DNA of 64,000 bases from Octopus sinensis (taxonomy: Eukaryota): NCBI RefSeq assembly GCF_006345805.1, contig NC_043008.1, positions 78,182,001 to 78,246,000 of the forward strand, read 5' to 3'. Below, piece by piece: positions 26,061-38,139 of this stretch (positions are counted from its first letter, which is position 1; each line of letters starts with the position of its first letter). Under the pieces are notes generated by a model, which was not told the DNA's origin, did no database searches, and saw nothing but the letters and a program-made list of their open reading frames with translations. The position numbers and the translations under genes are program-made.

Positions 26061-26192
26061 GAAATAGGAAATCCGTTGGAAAAAACAAAAACAGAACAGA
26101 GGCGGAGCAAAACAAACTCTTAGGAGCCTCGTTCGATTTGTTTTTCTCCGCCTCTGTTCTGTTTTTGTTTTTTCCAACGGATTTCCTATTTC

Positions 26193-26272
26193 TTCCTGAA
26201 GAGAAAGACACAATATGGTCTCCTTATTCAATCGGAATTTGGTAAATTGTGCCTTTCGAAACACGTGTAGAA
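26193..26272 (+). ncRNA. minimal type-I hammerhead ribozyme, intact core
   Basis: UUC-CUGAAGA-GAAAGACACAAU[31 nt]AUUGUGCCUUUC-GAA-ACACGUGU-A/GAA: canonical core, 11/12-bp stem II, palindromic stem III, GUA site (cut after 26269), 3-bp stem I. Confidence 0.78.
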
Positions 26273-26993
26273 TGCAATAAAACGATTTCTGTTCAATCTT
26301 CGTTCAACTCCATTTCTCCAATTCACCAATAATATTAAAATTCAATTATCCGCACCAACGCACGGTTGCAACACCATATGGTTGTACCTCCAACCGTGCT
26401 GTCTTCTGCTGTGATTTTTGCTACCAAGGTATCGGTTAAACTTTTGATTAATCTGCAACAAGATTATTCATCTTTCTATTTCACAAAATTTATATAGATA
26501 TATATATAAATCAAAATAAGCAACAAGGATATCCAGAGGAAATGCAGTACTATCGTTTCATGCAACCCCATTTCATTGAACAATGCAATCATTACACCAA
26601 TTTAAAATGTAGAGCAATCTTCAGCTGCACAAGGACATGTAATTAAATTAGAACAGATGGACACATTAGTATAATTATACCTAAAATCTCCAAGAAGTTA
26701 AGGAGATAGATAAAGAATATTCTCTACTTTAGCATAGAAGTTACTAAAATTAGAAGACTCTGCCTGCCACTGATTTTTTGTCTTTATGGGGTCAGTTTTA
26801 ATTCATAGATTAGTTTATCAAATCCCCTGTACATCTAAGGCTGAGAGAACAGAGGGCAGTATCTGTTATGGGTAGGGATGAGTGGAGTGGACAGACATTC
26901 TAGTTGGTATAGTCATAAAAAATCAAAGATTTATTATAAGCAAAATAAGTACCATATTCATCTGAATATATAATATATATATTTATATATATT

Positions 26994-27035
<42 letters not shown>

Positions 27036-28357
27036 CAGGCATGACAGAAGTAAATAGACTTACCATAAACGTTGTTTTATGTTTATTCTTGCATGCTTAT
27101 TCTTTTATGTTTAAACTTGTAAAGGTTTATATTTTTTATCAATTGACATTTTTATGCTTCAGGTTCTATATGTGACTTTAATCATACCATGTAGAAAAGA
27201 AACCTTGGAACTATCTGAATTTCAAACAGGTTGCATTGTGGGTTTTCTGCAGGTGGACACAGTCAGTGTAAAATTGCAGAAAACCTTGGGATCCCGCTTG
27301 CTACAGTTAATAGAGTGATTGTGCAATTTACCAGAGAGAGGAAGGAGTCCATATCACCCAGATCAACTAGGGCCCTGTGACAGGGCCCTAGTTTCTCTTT
27401 AAGAGAAGTGTGGAGGACAATCTTTGTTGCAAGGCCTCTGACATAGCAGAGCATGTTGATGTCTGTCCCAGAACAGCGGTCAAGTATCTCCACAAACTTG
27501 GTTACTATGGCAAAGCAGCAAGAAGGAAGCCATTTCTTTGACTAGCCAACATCAAATGGAGAAAAGATTGGACCTATAAGATGGTGGAGAGTCCACTAGC
27601 ATTTTGGGACACTGTCATATTCTCTGATGAGTCCAGATTAGCTGTTTTTCTTGACGGAATCCGAGTGTAGGTCTGGAGTCTCTGTGATCAACAATTTTAT
27701 GTGCAAAGATTGCAGCCAATAATGAAGCATGGCAGCTATTCTGTGATGGTATGGGAAGCAATTTGGAGCAATAGTTAATCAGGGATAATGGAGTTTAAGG
27801 GGAACATGAACTCAGATAAATACGTGTCCATATTGCAGAAAGGTCTCCTTCCAACCTTCTCCTGTGGTGAAATGATTATTTATTTATGGAAGACGGTGCT
27901 CCTTGTCACACGGCTAAAATGGCCTAAAATTTGTTGGATGAGAATGGCATTAAAAAGCTTCTATGGCCAAGCCAGTCACCAGATATGAAACCTATTTAAC
28001 TCCTCTGAGACATAATGGACAGGACACTTCATAAAAAGAATAAGAAAGCATCTTCAAAGCCAGATCTTCTGTTATTACTGCATGAAACTTATTGCATGAA
28101 ACTTATCTACTCCACTCAGCCCTACCCATAACAGCATCTTCAAAGCCAGATCTTTTGATATAACTGCATGAAACTTGACAGGAAATTTCACAAGAGAATA
28201 TTCGTCATCTGATCATGCCTAATAGAGTCCTTGCATTGAAAAATGCAAAGGGCATGTCTACTAAATATCAAATATTCACATTATAACAATTAATAAATTA
28301 TTTGAATCTATAATTACAGAGTTAAATAAATTTTAACAATTACTTCTGTCATGTCTG
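27036..28357 (+). mobile_element. Tc1-family DNA transposon, full length but decayed
   Basis: TA|CAGGCATGACAGAAGTAA ... TTACTTCTGTCATGTCTG|TA; transposase blocks AARRKP, FSDES, VMVW, GNMNSDKY, EDGAPCHTAK and WP.QSPD, with frameshifts. Confidence 0.93.
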
Positions 28358-28420
28358 TATATATATGTGTGTGTGTGTGTGGTGTGTGTGTATGTGTGTA
28401 TGTGTGTGTGTGTGCATGTG

Positions 28421-28757
28421 AAGGCGCATGGCTCAGTGGTTAGAGCGTCGAACTTACGATCGTGAGGTTGTGAGTTCGAATTCCAGACCGGGCTGCGTGT
28501 TGTGTTCTTGAGCAAGACACTTTATTTCACGTTGCTCCAGTTCACTCAGCTGTAGAAATGAGTTGCAACATCACAGGTGCCAAGCTGAATCAGCTTTTGC
28601 CTTTACCCTTGGATAACGCTAGTGGCTTGGAGAAGGGAGGCCGGTATGCACGTGCGACTGCTGGTCTTCCATAAACAACCTTGCCTGGACTTGTGCCTGG
28701 GAGGGTAACTTTCTAGGTGCAATCTCATGGTCAGTCATGACCAAAGGGGGTCTCAGC
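28421..28757 (+). mobile_element. tRNA-derived SINE, full length
   Basis: A box TGGCTCAGTGG, B box GTTCGAATTCC, non-tRNA body and tail. Confidence 0.88.
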
Positions 28758-28762
28758 TCAGC

Positions 28763-28809
<47 letters not shown>

Positions 28810-28816
28810 GCGTGTG

Positions 28817-28873
<57 letters not shown>

Positions 28874-28889
28874 TTGTGTATCTCTGTCT

Positions 28890-29085
28890 ATGTTTATCGC
28901 CCTCCATCGCTTAACGACCGATGTTGGTGTGTTTACGTCCCCGTAACTTAGCGGTTCAGCAAAAAACTGACAGAAGTACTAGGCTTGCAAAGAATAAATC
29001 CTAGGGTCAATTTGTTCAACTAAATGTGGTGCGCCAGCATGAACACAGTCAAATAACTGAAACAAGTCAAAGAATAAAAGAATAG
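28890..29085 (+). mobile_element. SINE 3' half, same family as 19600-19815 and 58890-59065
   Basis: GGTGTGTTTACGTCCCCGTAACTTAGCGGTTC...ACTGAAACAAGT..AAGAATAAAAGA. Confidence 0.85.
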
Positions 29086-29198
29086 AAGAAAATATATATA
29101 CATTACAAATTAATATGGTGTCTTATTTCACCCTCCGTCACTTTTGTGACCTCTGTAAATTTTGCCTGTAGGTATATATATATATACATGTGTGTGTT

Positions 29199-29233
<35 letters not shown>

Positions 29234-29444
29234 ATGTATGTATGTATGTATGTATGTATTTCGTTTTGGGATTTGGTTTGCAGGATTCTTTATATGAGTT
29301 CGTGTGTTGAAGCATATTTTGTTGTGTCTGGGGAGAGGCATTTTCCTTTTGTGCCTTATAATGTAACACACTCACCGGTAAAATCTCCACTTATTTTTAT
29401 TTTCCTAAAATGTTCGTTTCGTCTTGCCACCTTTTCAATAGTCT

Positions 29445-31150
29445 TGAGAGTCAATACTTACTCTATTGTCATTCATGTTAACGAAGTCTGAAGGATATAC
29501 ACTGGTTCACAAGGAAACGGAAATACCAAAATTACACAGTTTCTTTGTGGATGACTTGAAACTTTATGCAAAGAATAAGCATGAGATAAAAAGGAGCCTT
29601 GATCTAGTTACAGCATGCTCATAGGATGTAGGTTTGGAATTTGGTCAGGTTGAATGTTATTATATGGGTGTGAAAAGGGGGGAAACTATAAACCAAACTA
29701 GTGACACCTCCATTAATGATTTGACTGTTTCTCTTATATCTGACAAGGAATGTTACAGGTATCTAGGGGTGGATGAAAATATATCTTACAATGGAACCTG
29801 TAACAAAACACGAGTCATTAAAGAATATTACAGTCGAATAAAGAAAACGTGGACCTCAGAACTCACTGCATTTAATAAAACAGTGACCCGCAATGTGCTG
29901 TCAGTGCCAGTACTCATACCAACATTTGGGCTGTACGTTTGATGAGATCCGAGCCATTGATGTGAAAACCTGAAAATCCCTTGTACATCTAAGGCTGAGA
30001 GAACAGAGGGCAGTATCTTTTATGGGTAGGGCTGAGTGGAGTAGACAAGTTTCATGCAATAAGTTTCATGCAGTAATAACAGAAGATCTGGCTTTGAAGA
30101 TGCTTTCTTATTCTTTTTATGAAGTGTCCTATCCATTATGTCTCAGAGGAGTTCAATAGGTTTCATATCTGGTGACTGGCTTGGCCATGGAAGCTTTTTA
30201 ATGCCATTCTCATCCAATAAGGTTGCAGAGGCTTAGCATCGATCCAAAATACCTTTGAATGTCGTATCATATATCTTTGACAACATATTTTAACCACCGA
30301 GTGTCGAAGTGCACCACTTGACCAAGTTTGCACACATGAGGCTGATAACATCATAAGCCTTGGAAGACAGCTCCTTGAGCAACATTTTTTGTCTGTTTGA
30401 TAAAACCTAGAATACACTTCCAGAGACGTCGCACAACTCTACCGCGACGAATCATCAGATGAAAGGATGAACTTATATGACCTGAAGGCTACGCATGGAT
30501 ATCTTAGTAGAAAGATTCAAGATTATAGTAACATTGATCATCAAAGCAGTCTACCATGGACCAATAGCTGGATTACTACCTCCAACTTTGAAGAGTATGT
30601 GTTTGCAATCCAGGAACAAGAAATATCAACCAAGTACCTGATGCACAAAAGGGATAGAGATGCAGGAAAAGCAGTAAAATATGATAACCGATGTAGACTT
30701 TGTGGAGTTAACACCGAAGATATCACCCACATCATAAATAGTTGTCCGAAAATGTCATCACGGTATTATATATCTAATAAACATGATGTTGTAGCTAGTT
30801 CACTCTATAATGAAATCCGTCGGAAGGATAACCCCGAGGACAAAGAAATAAGAACACACTGTATGGTAAAAGCTATAGCCACTCATAATAAAAAGAAGTA
30901 TTGGCAAACTGTCCCAGGGAAGATCGCAATAAAATGTAAGCAAAACAGACCTGACATAATGAGCTGGGATAGAGAAGAGAAACTGTGTACAGTTGTAGAA
31001 ATTAGCTGCCCAGCAGCTGTTAATATAAAGCTGAAGATCAGTTGATAAGAGAATACCTACGCTGAACTTTTGAGAAATCTGCAGTTACTCTACTCAGATT
31101 ACAAGTTCAGGTTTATACCTGTAATTATTGAGGCCCGGGGATATGTAACA
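29445..31150 (+). mobile_element. R4/Dong-like non-LTR retrotransposon (RT, CCHC, REL endonuclease), truncated and interrupted
   Basis: FVDDLKLYAK at ~29544; YRYLGVDEN; CRLCGVNTEDITHIINSC zinc finger; RPDI...VVEISCP REL motif (ORF 30467-31045). Confidence 0.9.
29981..30217. other. chimeric templated insertion inside the LINE
   Basis: The first ~70 bp copy 26820-26890 (+); the remainder is the reverse complement of Tc1 27934-28110. Confidence 0.9.
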
Positions 31151-32149
31151 CACCGCCTAAATTTCTTTGTATTTATATGTTATAAATAAAAATTCATACA
31201 TTTTAGTAAAATCACACCGAGAGAAAGAGAGAGAGAATAAGAGATGAAATAAGAAATTGAGATATCTAAAAACGCAGTGGTGTCGCAATTTTTGATGTTC
31301 TTTCTTCTTGCCTTCCCACTTCATTTTTAAATTACTCCATATAATTTTCACCTTATTTCTCTTGCGTTTTTATCTTAACTCCTACTCTCACTCAACCTAT
31401 CACTCTTTAGATTTCTCTGTCTTATTTCTTCTCGTGTTTTCTCTTTTCATTTATTTCACTATTTCTGCGTCTCTCTGTTTTCTCTTGCTCATACGGGTCT
31501 CTTGGTATCTTTTTTCATTCACCATTATCACCACTATATCACAGTCGGCACTGTCTCCGTCACCAGCACTAATGTGGCTGCCAGCTATTTATTTCTTATT
31601 TAATTTGAATTACTTCTTTTAGTGTTACACGCATGTAACTAGTAACGCACTGCTGTATAGTTAGACTAACTTCCTATCGTGAATCAAAGTGACAGCAATA
31701 TTTGGTAAGATATTTATATCTTACCATATGCAATTAAGCTACCAGTCTAGATCGTAGTTTAATGGTATATGAATCTCTAAGTTAAGCTAACGTCAAACTT
31801 GACTAAATTTAAACAAAAATATGTGAGTTCACAGCAAATAAGTTGCATGCTCTCTAAGGAATTTTCGTGTAAATCACTAAACGTAAAAAAGCACTTTCAT
31901 AAATAAACATTTTAAGAACAGTTTAAATGCTAATTATTTAATCATGTTAACTTTTGTATCTTTGAGGCAGAATAATTCATAAACAATATTTTCAGTTATT
32001 CTCTCTGTGCAACTAGTTACACAAACCATCTAACTTCGTTAGTTATTCTACATCTCTCATTCTGTATTAAGGACTCTACCATAATTTATCCTTCTAAGAA
32101 GCTGTTATCTTTGGGGAATTCAATGCACTTGATTTCCCTTGGTTATTAT

Positions 32150-33450
32150 GCTCCATCCCCGGCCCTGTTGTGCCGACTTAGAGGTAGAAACATTTGCTAT
32201 CCTGTACTGTCTCCAGCTGTCTTTACTCATACGCATCACATGTCCAAACCGCCGCATTCTCCACCCTATATGTTACATTTAATTCCTCTTATGCTCAACA
32301 CAGTTGCACTTTGTCGGTCATGCACATTGTTGTTGCAAATCTAACGGAACATACTACCTTCATTCCTCTCCTGTCTACGCATGTCCTCTGCAGTCAGACC
32401 CCATGTCTCACTACCATATAATATAACCGTTCTCACACAAGCATCATACAATATACATTTCACTCTGAAAGAGAATCTTTTGTTGCCGACAGAGGTAGTA
32501 GCTCTCCATCATATTCTAGAAACAATACTTTCAGAGCATCCACAACCGTAACTAATTTGATCACCTAAATAGCAGAAACTACTTACTACCTCAAGGGAGC
32601 CTCATGGGCATTTGATAGAGTCTAAGTCCCTCGTGCTCTTAGTGCTTATTATTTCTGCACATCTGCCACACACGAAAGCGACTTTATCTGTTAACCTACC
32701 TGCGATTCCATTGCATTTCTTATGCATCCGTAGCTTACACTTGGTGTAGCAAATCGAATTACGTCCCTTTCCTTTCATGTAAATGAGCAGAACCATTTAT
32801 ATGACGGAGAGAGCATCTTATGTGCTTTCTTTCTAATAACAACTTTAGTCATTGCTAAGTTAATTTTAAGGCCCTTTGATTCCAGGTTTTGCTTCCTTCA
32901 GTTCTGCTTCAGATTCAGCAATAAGCACAAGATCATCAGCATATAGCATTTACCATGGGCATCCAGATTTGAATTCCTCTGTTATGGCCTGGAGAACTAT
33001 GATGAATAAGAGTAGACTAAGAACTGATCCCTGGTGAACTCCAACTAAATTCATCATGTATTCATGGCCGACTCTCACTTACTGACGGCATCGCTGTACA
33101 TGGCTTGTAAAGCTCTAACAAGCAATTCCTTACTCCTAGCTTCCATAGAGACCACTGGATAAGAGAGTGGAAAACCCTGTCAGAAGCTTTCTCCAGGTCG
33201 ACGAAAGCTAAGCACAATGATTTAATTTTGTGCAAATGCTATCATGCAACTGTCTCACTAGGAAGATGAAATCTGTAGTACTTCTCCCGGGAACAAAACC
33301 AAGCTGCATCTCAAATAGTTTAATTCTATCCTTAGTCAGTTGAGATATAACTTTCTCTGTAATTTTCGTGACCTGGTCCAGCAGTTTGATACCTTCGTAA
33401 TTGTTTCTATCTAAGGCATCTACTACACCAGTCTTTGGGGATGACGTTCT
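32150..33450 (-). mobile_element. RTE-clade LINE, decayed RT with a downstream Cys/His finger
   Basis: GIKLLDQV..EMQLGFVPGRSTTD.IFLVRQL; VGVHQGSVLS; LYADD at 32933-32946; C..CKLRMHKKC..CGRC; LRWFGHV-like end. Confidence 0.88.
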
Positions 33451-35639
33451 CTTCATTTTTTTTTTGTTTGTTCAATGTAAGACCATGTCTTCTCCGACGG
33501 ATAGGCCGTTTGATCAGGACAGATTTCTGCATTATTTTGGGCAATTTATAATGTATCGACAAACGAAGTTTTTGCTTTTCCATTTGGTGCATAGTTTGCT
33601 GCTGATCAACTCTGTAGCCCCAATGAAATTCCTTACACGTATGCATCATACACACATTCACACACACACACACACATACATACACACACACATGCACACA
33701 CACACACACGCACACACACATACACACAGGTAAACACACGCGCGCACACACACACACAATGTGAGCAATATGGATATACAGAGCAAGAGTGTGGTAAATA
33801 TGTAGAGAGAAGGGGAAAGTTTAAAATCGGAAAAGCGTAAATGAAAGAGACAGACAAATGAAGAGACGGAATCTTTTCTGTTACCGTCCCAGATTAAAAA
33901 AGTTTTAAATGAAGTAAAAATTTCCAAATTTGGTATACTGATGTATTTTTTCAAGCTGAATCCAGTTTTGGTATTCATGTATTCCAAAAAAAAATTAGTA
34001 AAATGTTACAGAGGTTTAAACTTTGATAAATTTTACACTGTCATAAACACGATTTGGATGCAATCATTTTCTACTGTTTATCACAGCCGTCGATCACAGA
34101 ATGAAAATAAACATGAGAACGGCGAAGATTTAATCAATGAAACTAAAAGCAACTGCATGTCATATCGAGAGAAAAAGAGCCGGGAATAGCATTCGTGAGA
34201 GATATACATATAGAGACGGAGAGTGATAATGAGCGTAGTAAATATATAGAGAGGAGGGAAAGGCACAAAATAGAGAGATAGTCTGATGGAGGCAAAAGTA
34301 GAAGATTTGTTGTTCTAAGAATAGAGTTATTTCTCGCAGCAAATTACATTTTTTATTGATTATAACTAAATACCTAGTCATTGGTACGCAGATTTCGAAA
34401 AATAAATATGTTTTTCTCGAGGATGCACCGTTTCGGGTCCTTCCCGTGACATATTCACATACACTCATATATATTGTAGATTGTATAAAAATATACGTAA
34501 CATAATCCAAACAATGACCTAATCACTGCAGGTAATTACCTGCCTTGGATCTTTGCACACAACAACTCTGACCACTTGCCATTCATTATATTGCAACTGA
34601 GTAGACGAAAGGGTGACTATAATAATTTTTTACTAAAGGCCACACTAAAAGGCATCCAAAGTCTTCAGGAGGCTTTTGTTTACCAAATTATTGAGTTAGT
34701 TTTCACCAACAACCTTTCGTCGGAATATATTTGTCATATATTTTACCCTTCATATATTACCTTCATATATTACCCTTCATATATTTTGCCCATCATCTTT
34801 ACCCGCTTTTTGTTGCTCCATCCTACGAGCATGAATTGTATTTCGTCCTTTTGGGTGGAATATTTTTAATGTGTTTTAGACATATTTTGCCGTTTCTCGT
34901 CAACCTTCGTCTATTTCTTCCTCTTTTTCTTCTTTTTTTCTCCGCAACGATCAGCTGCTTTTATCCAATCTCCATTTTAAGTCGACGGGGTGGTATTGCT
35001 GGGAAGAAGACATTGACTTTGTCTGTTTCTGTGATCGAGAACCAGACCATCTTTATCAGCACTTTGAGAGCTTCCTCTAACAACTATATATCTATTTAAA
35101 ATATTTCCTCGGTTGAAGTATAAATTATCTAGTCATGAACAATAGAAAGTTAATAGAAATAACTACAAGTCCCAAAGAAAACAAATCAAATTCTTTCGTC
35201 GGTAAATGAGCCAATAAAACAAAGGCTAAATTGACATATAGGTTTAAGGAGAAAAGAAAACCAACAGAGATTGTGACAATAGTTAATTGACATAAACCCA
35301 CTGCTCAGCAACGTTCAAGTGCCTTATTTTGTTTATGTGCGTGTATCTTGGAAGAGCTAGGCTGACGGTACAACTATGTCTATAGAGTTTATCCTAAACC
35401 TCTAATATATTCATCCCTAGTAGTATTGCCAGACTAGAGATTCTAAGAAGTAGTATGTACTTCAAGACTGAAAGGTCTTTGAAATCATCTGTTCAATAGA
35501 TCTCAATCCAATATAAAATATCAGTTTAGACACTCAATCGACCGTGTTGACCGTCAGGTAGAGAGTTGGGATCACCTGATATAATTCCATACGCCAGCCA
35601 CTCTATTTTTCAGGCAAAAAGAGACCACACTTATCGTCC

Positions 35640-36750
35640 AGTAATTTCTGCAGTTTTCGAAGCCTCAGTGAGTGACAGCCTTCACAATCTCTCTGTATAG
35701 AGATTACTGGAAGCAGGTGGACAGCCTAACCAGTGGAATTCGTCCCTCTCGTACGAAGAGAAAGAGCAGAAACCTTAATCTGAGCATATGAAAACTGTTA
35801 TACGGCTCGACGGCCAGTTGGTATTAAATAAAGAAGTCGATGAATATGTGAAACGCGTTCACCACCTCTGCCCAATCTTTTAGAGACAGTTCATTCTTAG
35901 CCAATTTATGGATAACGCTGTCCACAATGTGCATAACCTCGGTCCAGTTTCTATTCACCCGAAACGCCAAACTTCATAACAATGGGATCAGTCTGTGACT
36001 CATGGGGTTTGGCGGCGTGTATCGATCTATTTGGCTGGTAGCCTACCAGTTCTATGATCAAATGTATTCCAGGTAAGGATTTTTACGGCTGATCGAGCAG
36101 AAAAGCAAGATAATTACCTTCACGGAGCTTCTAGAAATGGTGTGAGGATGAGGCGAATGAATTACGACTTACGGGTTACAGCAGAAAGGCAGTCAAGACA
36201 CCGAGTTAATCGTCAGATCGGTAACCTAGTTAGATATGAATGCTTATAAAGGATTGATTTTCCTACAGGAAGACAGGAGTGTCGGTAGCATTTCAAATGA
36301 AGCAGGATTGATACTGAAATATCTTACTAGGTTAAAAATTGGTGGCTAGACTTGGTCAAAATTTAAGAATCGGTAGAGGTTATCGTTTGTGCTATGTGTG
36401 AAGGTAAATTATTCCCTAATGAACTATTGCAGTCATTGAATTGGTCAGTAAACATAAGGCCGTAGTAGTAAAAAGCATTACCCAAATGGAATAGGTATTA
36501 TTCATAAACTGTAAATATTTACCGCTGCAGCCAATAAGACACTTGGCTGTTTTTAAATTCTGGCTGCTTCTAAGCTATGTTTGTGGACTTACTTTGGAAG
36601 CTGTTATTGTTCCCATGTGGGTGAAGGTAGGAAGAAAACTCATTTGATGCCATGGTAAACTAACTTTTCTTCTAAATTAAGCAATGATTAGATGATCCGA
36701 TGAGGTAGAGATAGTGATAGCTGGATTTGGGATTCAGAAAGGAAGCGAGA
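35640..36750 (+). mobile_element. possible highly decayed DIRS-like (tyrosine-recombinase) retrotransposon
   Basis: SVCDSWG..CIDLFG near 35985-36030 resembles the DIRS WG.P.IDLFA motif after RNase H; no other firm motifs. Confidence 0.3.
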
Positions 36751-37030
36751 GTATTTAGCAGATGATGTTTCCTACTCTCTCTTTCTCTTTCCCTTGCTGT
36801 TCCCTCTGGCTGGGTAGCCATGTATCTCTAGCAGCACACCTATTTCTGCCCTCATTCTTGATTACTTTCTCCTTCTCTTAGTTTTCCTCTGACTAGGTCA
36901 CCAAATATTTCCTCTAAATCCGCACACCTGTTTCTGTCCTCTTTCTTGTTCCTTTTTTTTTCTCTTTCTCTTTCTCTCTCGCTTCCTTTCCCTCTCTTTC
37001 ACTTCTCTCTCTCTACCTTTCTTCTCTCTT

Positions 37031-37380
37031 TCTCTCTCTCTCTCCCTCCCTGTCAAAATATGATATGACTCTATAGAATGAACGAGGTACTCTTAAAAGA
37101 CGATGCCCGAAACTGGCCATTTTGGTTCATAAGCATGTACCTCCTTATTGCAGCACACCTATTTCTGCCTCTGTGTTTCTCTGTCATACTCTAACCTTTC
37201 ATCATCTGATACCAGATCACATCCGCTAATGCCCCAACTCTGTTATAGCAAGACACCTGTTTCTGCCTCTCTGTGACAATAAAGCTTGTAGAGCAGACCA
37301 TCCAAGCCTGGCGACTTGTCTCTTGCGCAGCTGCCACAGCATTCCTTACATCCGCTGCTTTGATGGGTCTTTCACAACAT
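37031..37380 (+). repeat. LTR-like repeat
   Basis: Begins TG, ends CA, contains AATAAA; the (A/G)CACCT(A/G)TTTCTG motif recurs at ~36825, 36925, 37152 and 37254; no TSD verified. Confidence 0.3.
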
Positions 37381-37549
37381 TCCGCCTCTCTTGTCGAGAG
37401 ACGTGGGAGGCCATGTAGATAGGCACTAAAGTCTACTCAGCGTTCTGACACACCAGTTGTCCCGAACAGTCGGGCAAAGTACACATCCTTTCGGACTCGA
37501 GTAATTCGTGCCCCTGTTCATTGGTCAGAGACCTAATGGTGGATTTGTT

Positions 37550-37599
<50 letters not shown>

Positions 37600-38139
37600 C
37601 AGTCAGACGGGCGGACGGACGAACAGATGGATGGATGGTTAAGTGCCATGGGTATGGCTTTAAACTGCATCCGGTAGTGGGGACCTGCTTCAGAAGTTTC
37701 AGGGTTTTGAGTAGTGTTGAACTACCACAATCATTATTGTTCTAAAGTCTATTCTGACTTAAAGTAGTAGCACCTCTCAGGTTCTGCGGAAGAAACTTTC
37801 ATAGTTCAACGGAAGAGAAAGCGGCTGCAACAACGTATTGTGGAATGGAATGCAGAGAGCAAGTTGAAGGAAATAGGACATCTTGGTCATCCACTGCATC
37901 TGTCTCCAAGCCAAAACGCCTTTATCTAGTCTTGCCACTGAATTGAAGATGGTTACGAGCCGGAGAGTGAGACTGGCTGCACACACCTTTTCTTCTTTTT
38001 AAACAAAGTTGTAGTGCAATCATTCAACCTTAAAATTGACCAGATGTTCCTCATCATTCCGGCGGTTGAACACAAAATAAAATATACAACTTTTATTTTA
38101 TAAATGATCCATGAAGATTAAGATTTGAATTTAATAATT

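Larger units (their letters stand above)
25921..26500. mobile_element. Penelope-like terminus forming a 196-bp inverted repeat with a 20-nt loop
   Basis: 25921-26116 is the reverse complement of 26137-26331 with ~3 mismatches; sits in (TA)n and carries HHR motifs. Confidence 0.8.
25144..27108 (+). repeat. segmental duplication, copy 2, with a ~580-bp PLE insertion
   Basis: Matches 8620-10030 except for 25921-~26500, which is inserted in a (TA)n tract. Confidence 0.95.

Noticed and set aside
28421-28495. tRNA genes at SINE heads (also 58523 and 7098)
   Set aside because: A and B boxes are present but continue into SINE bodies, and the cloverleaf is incomplete.
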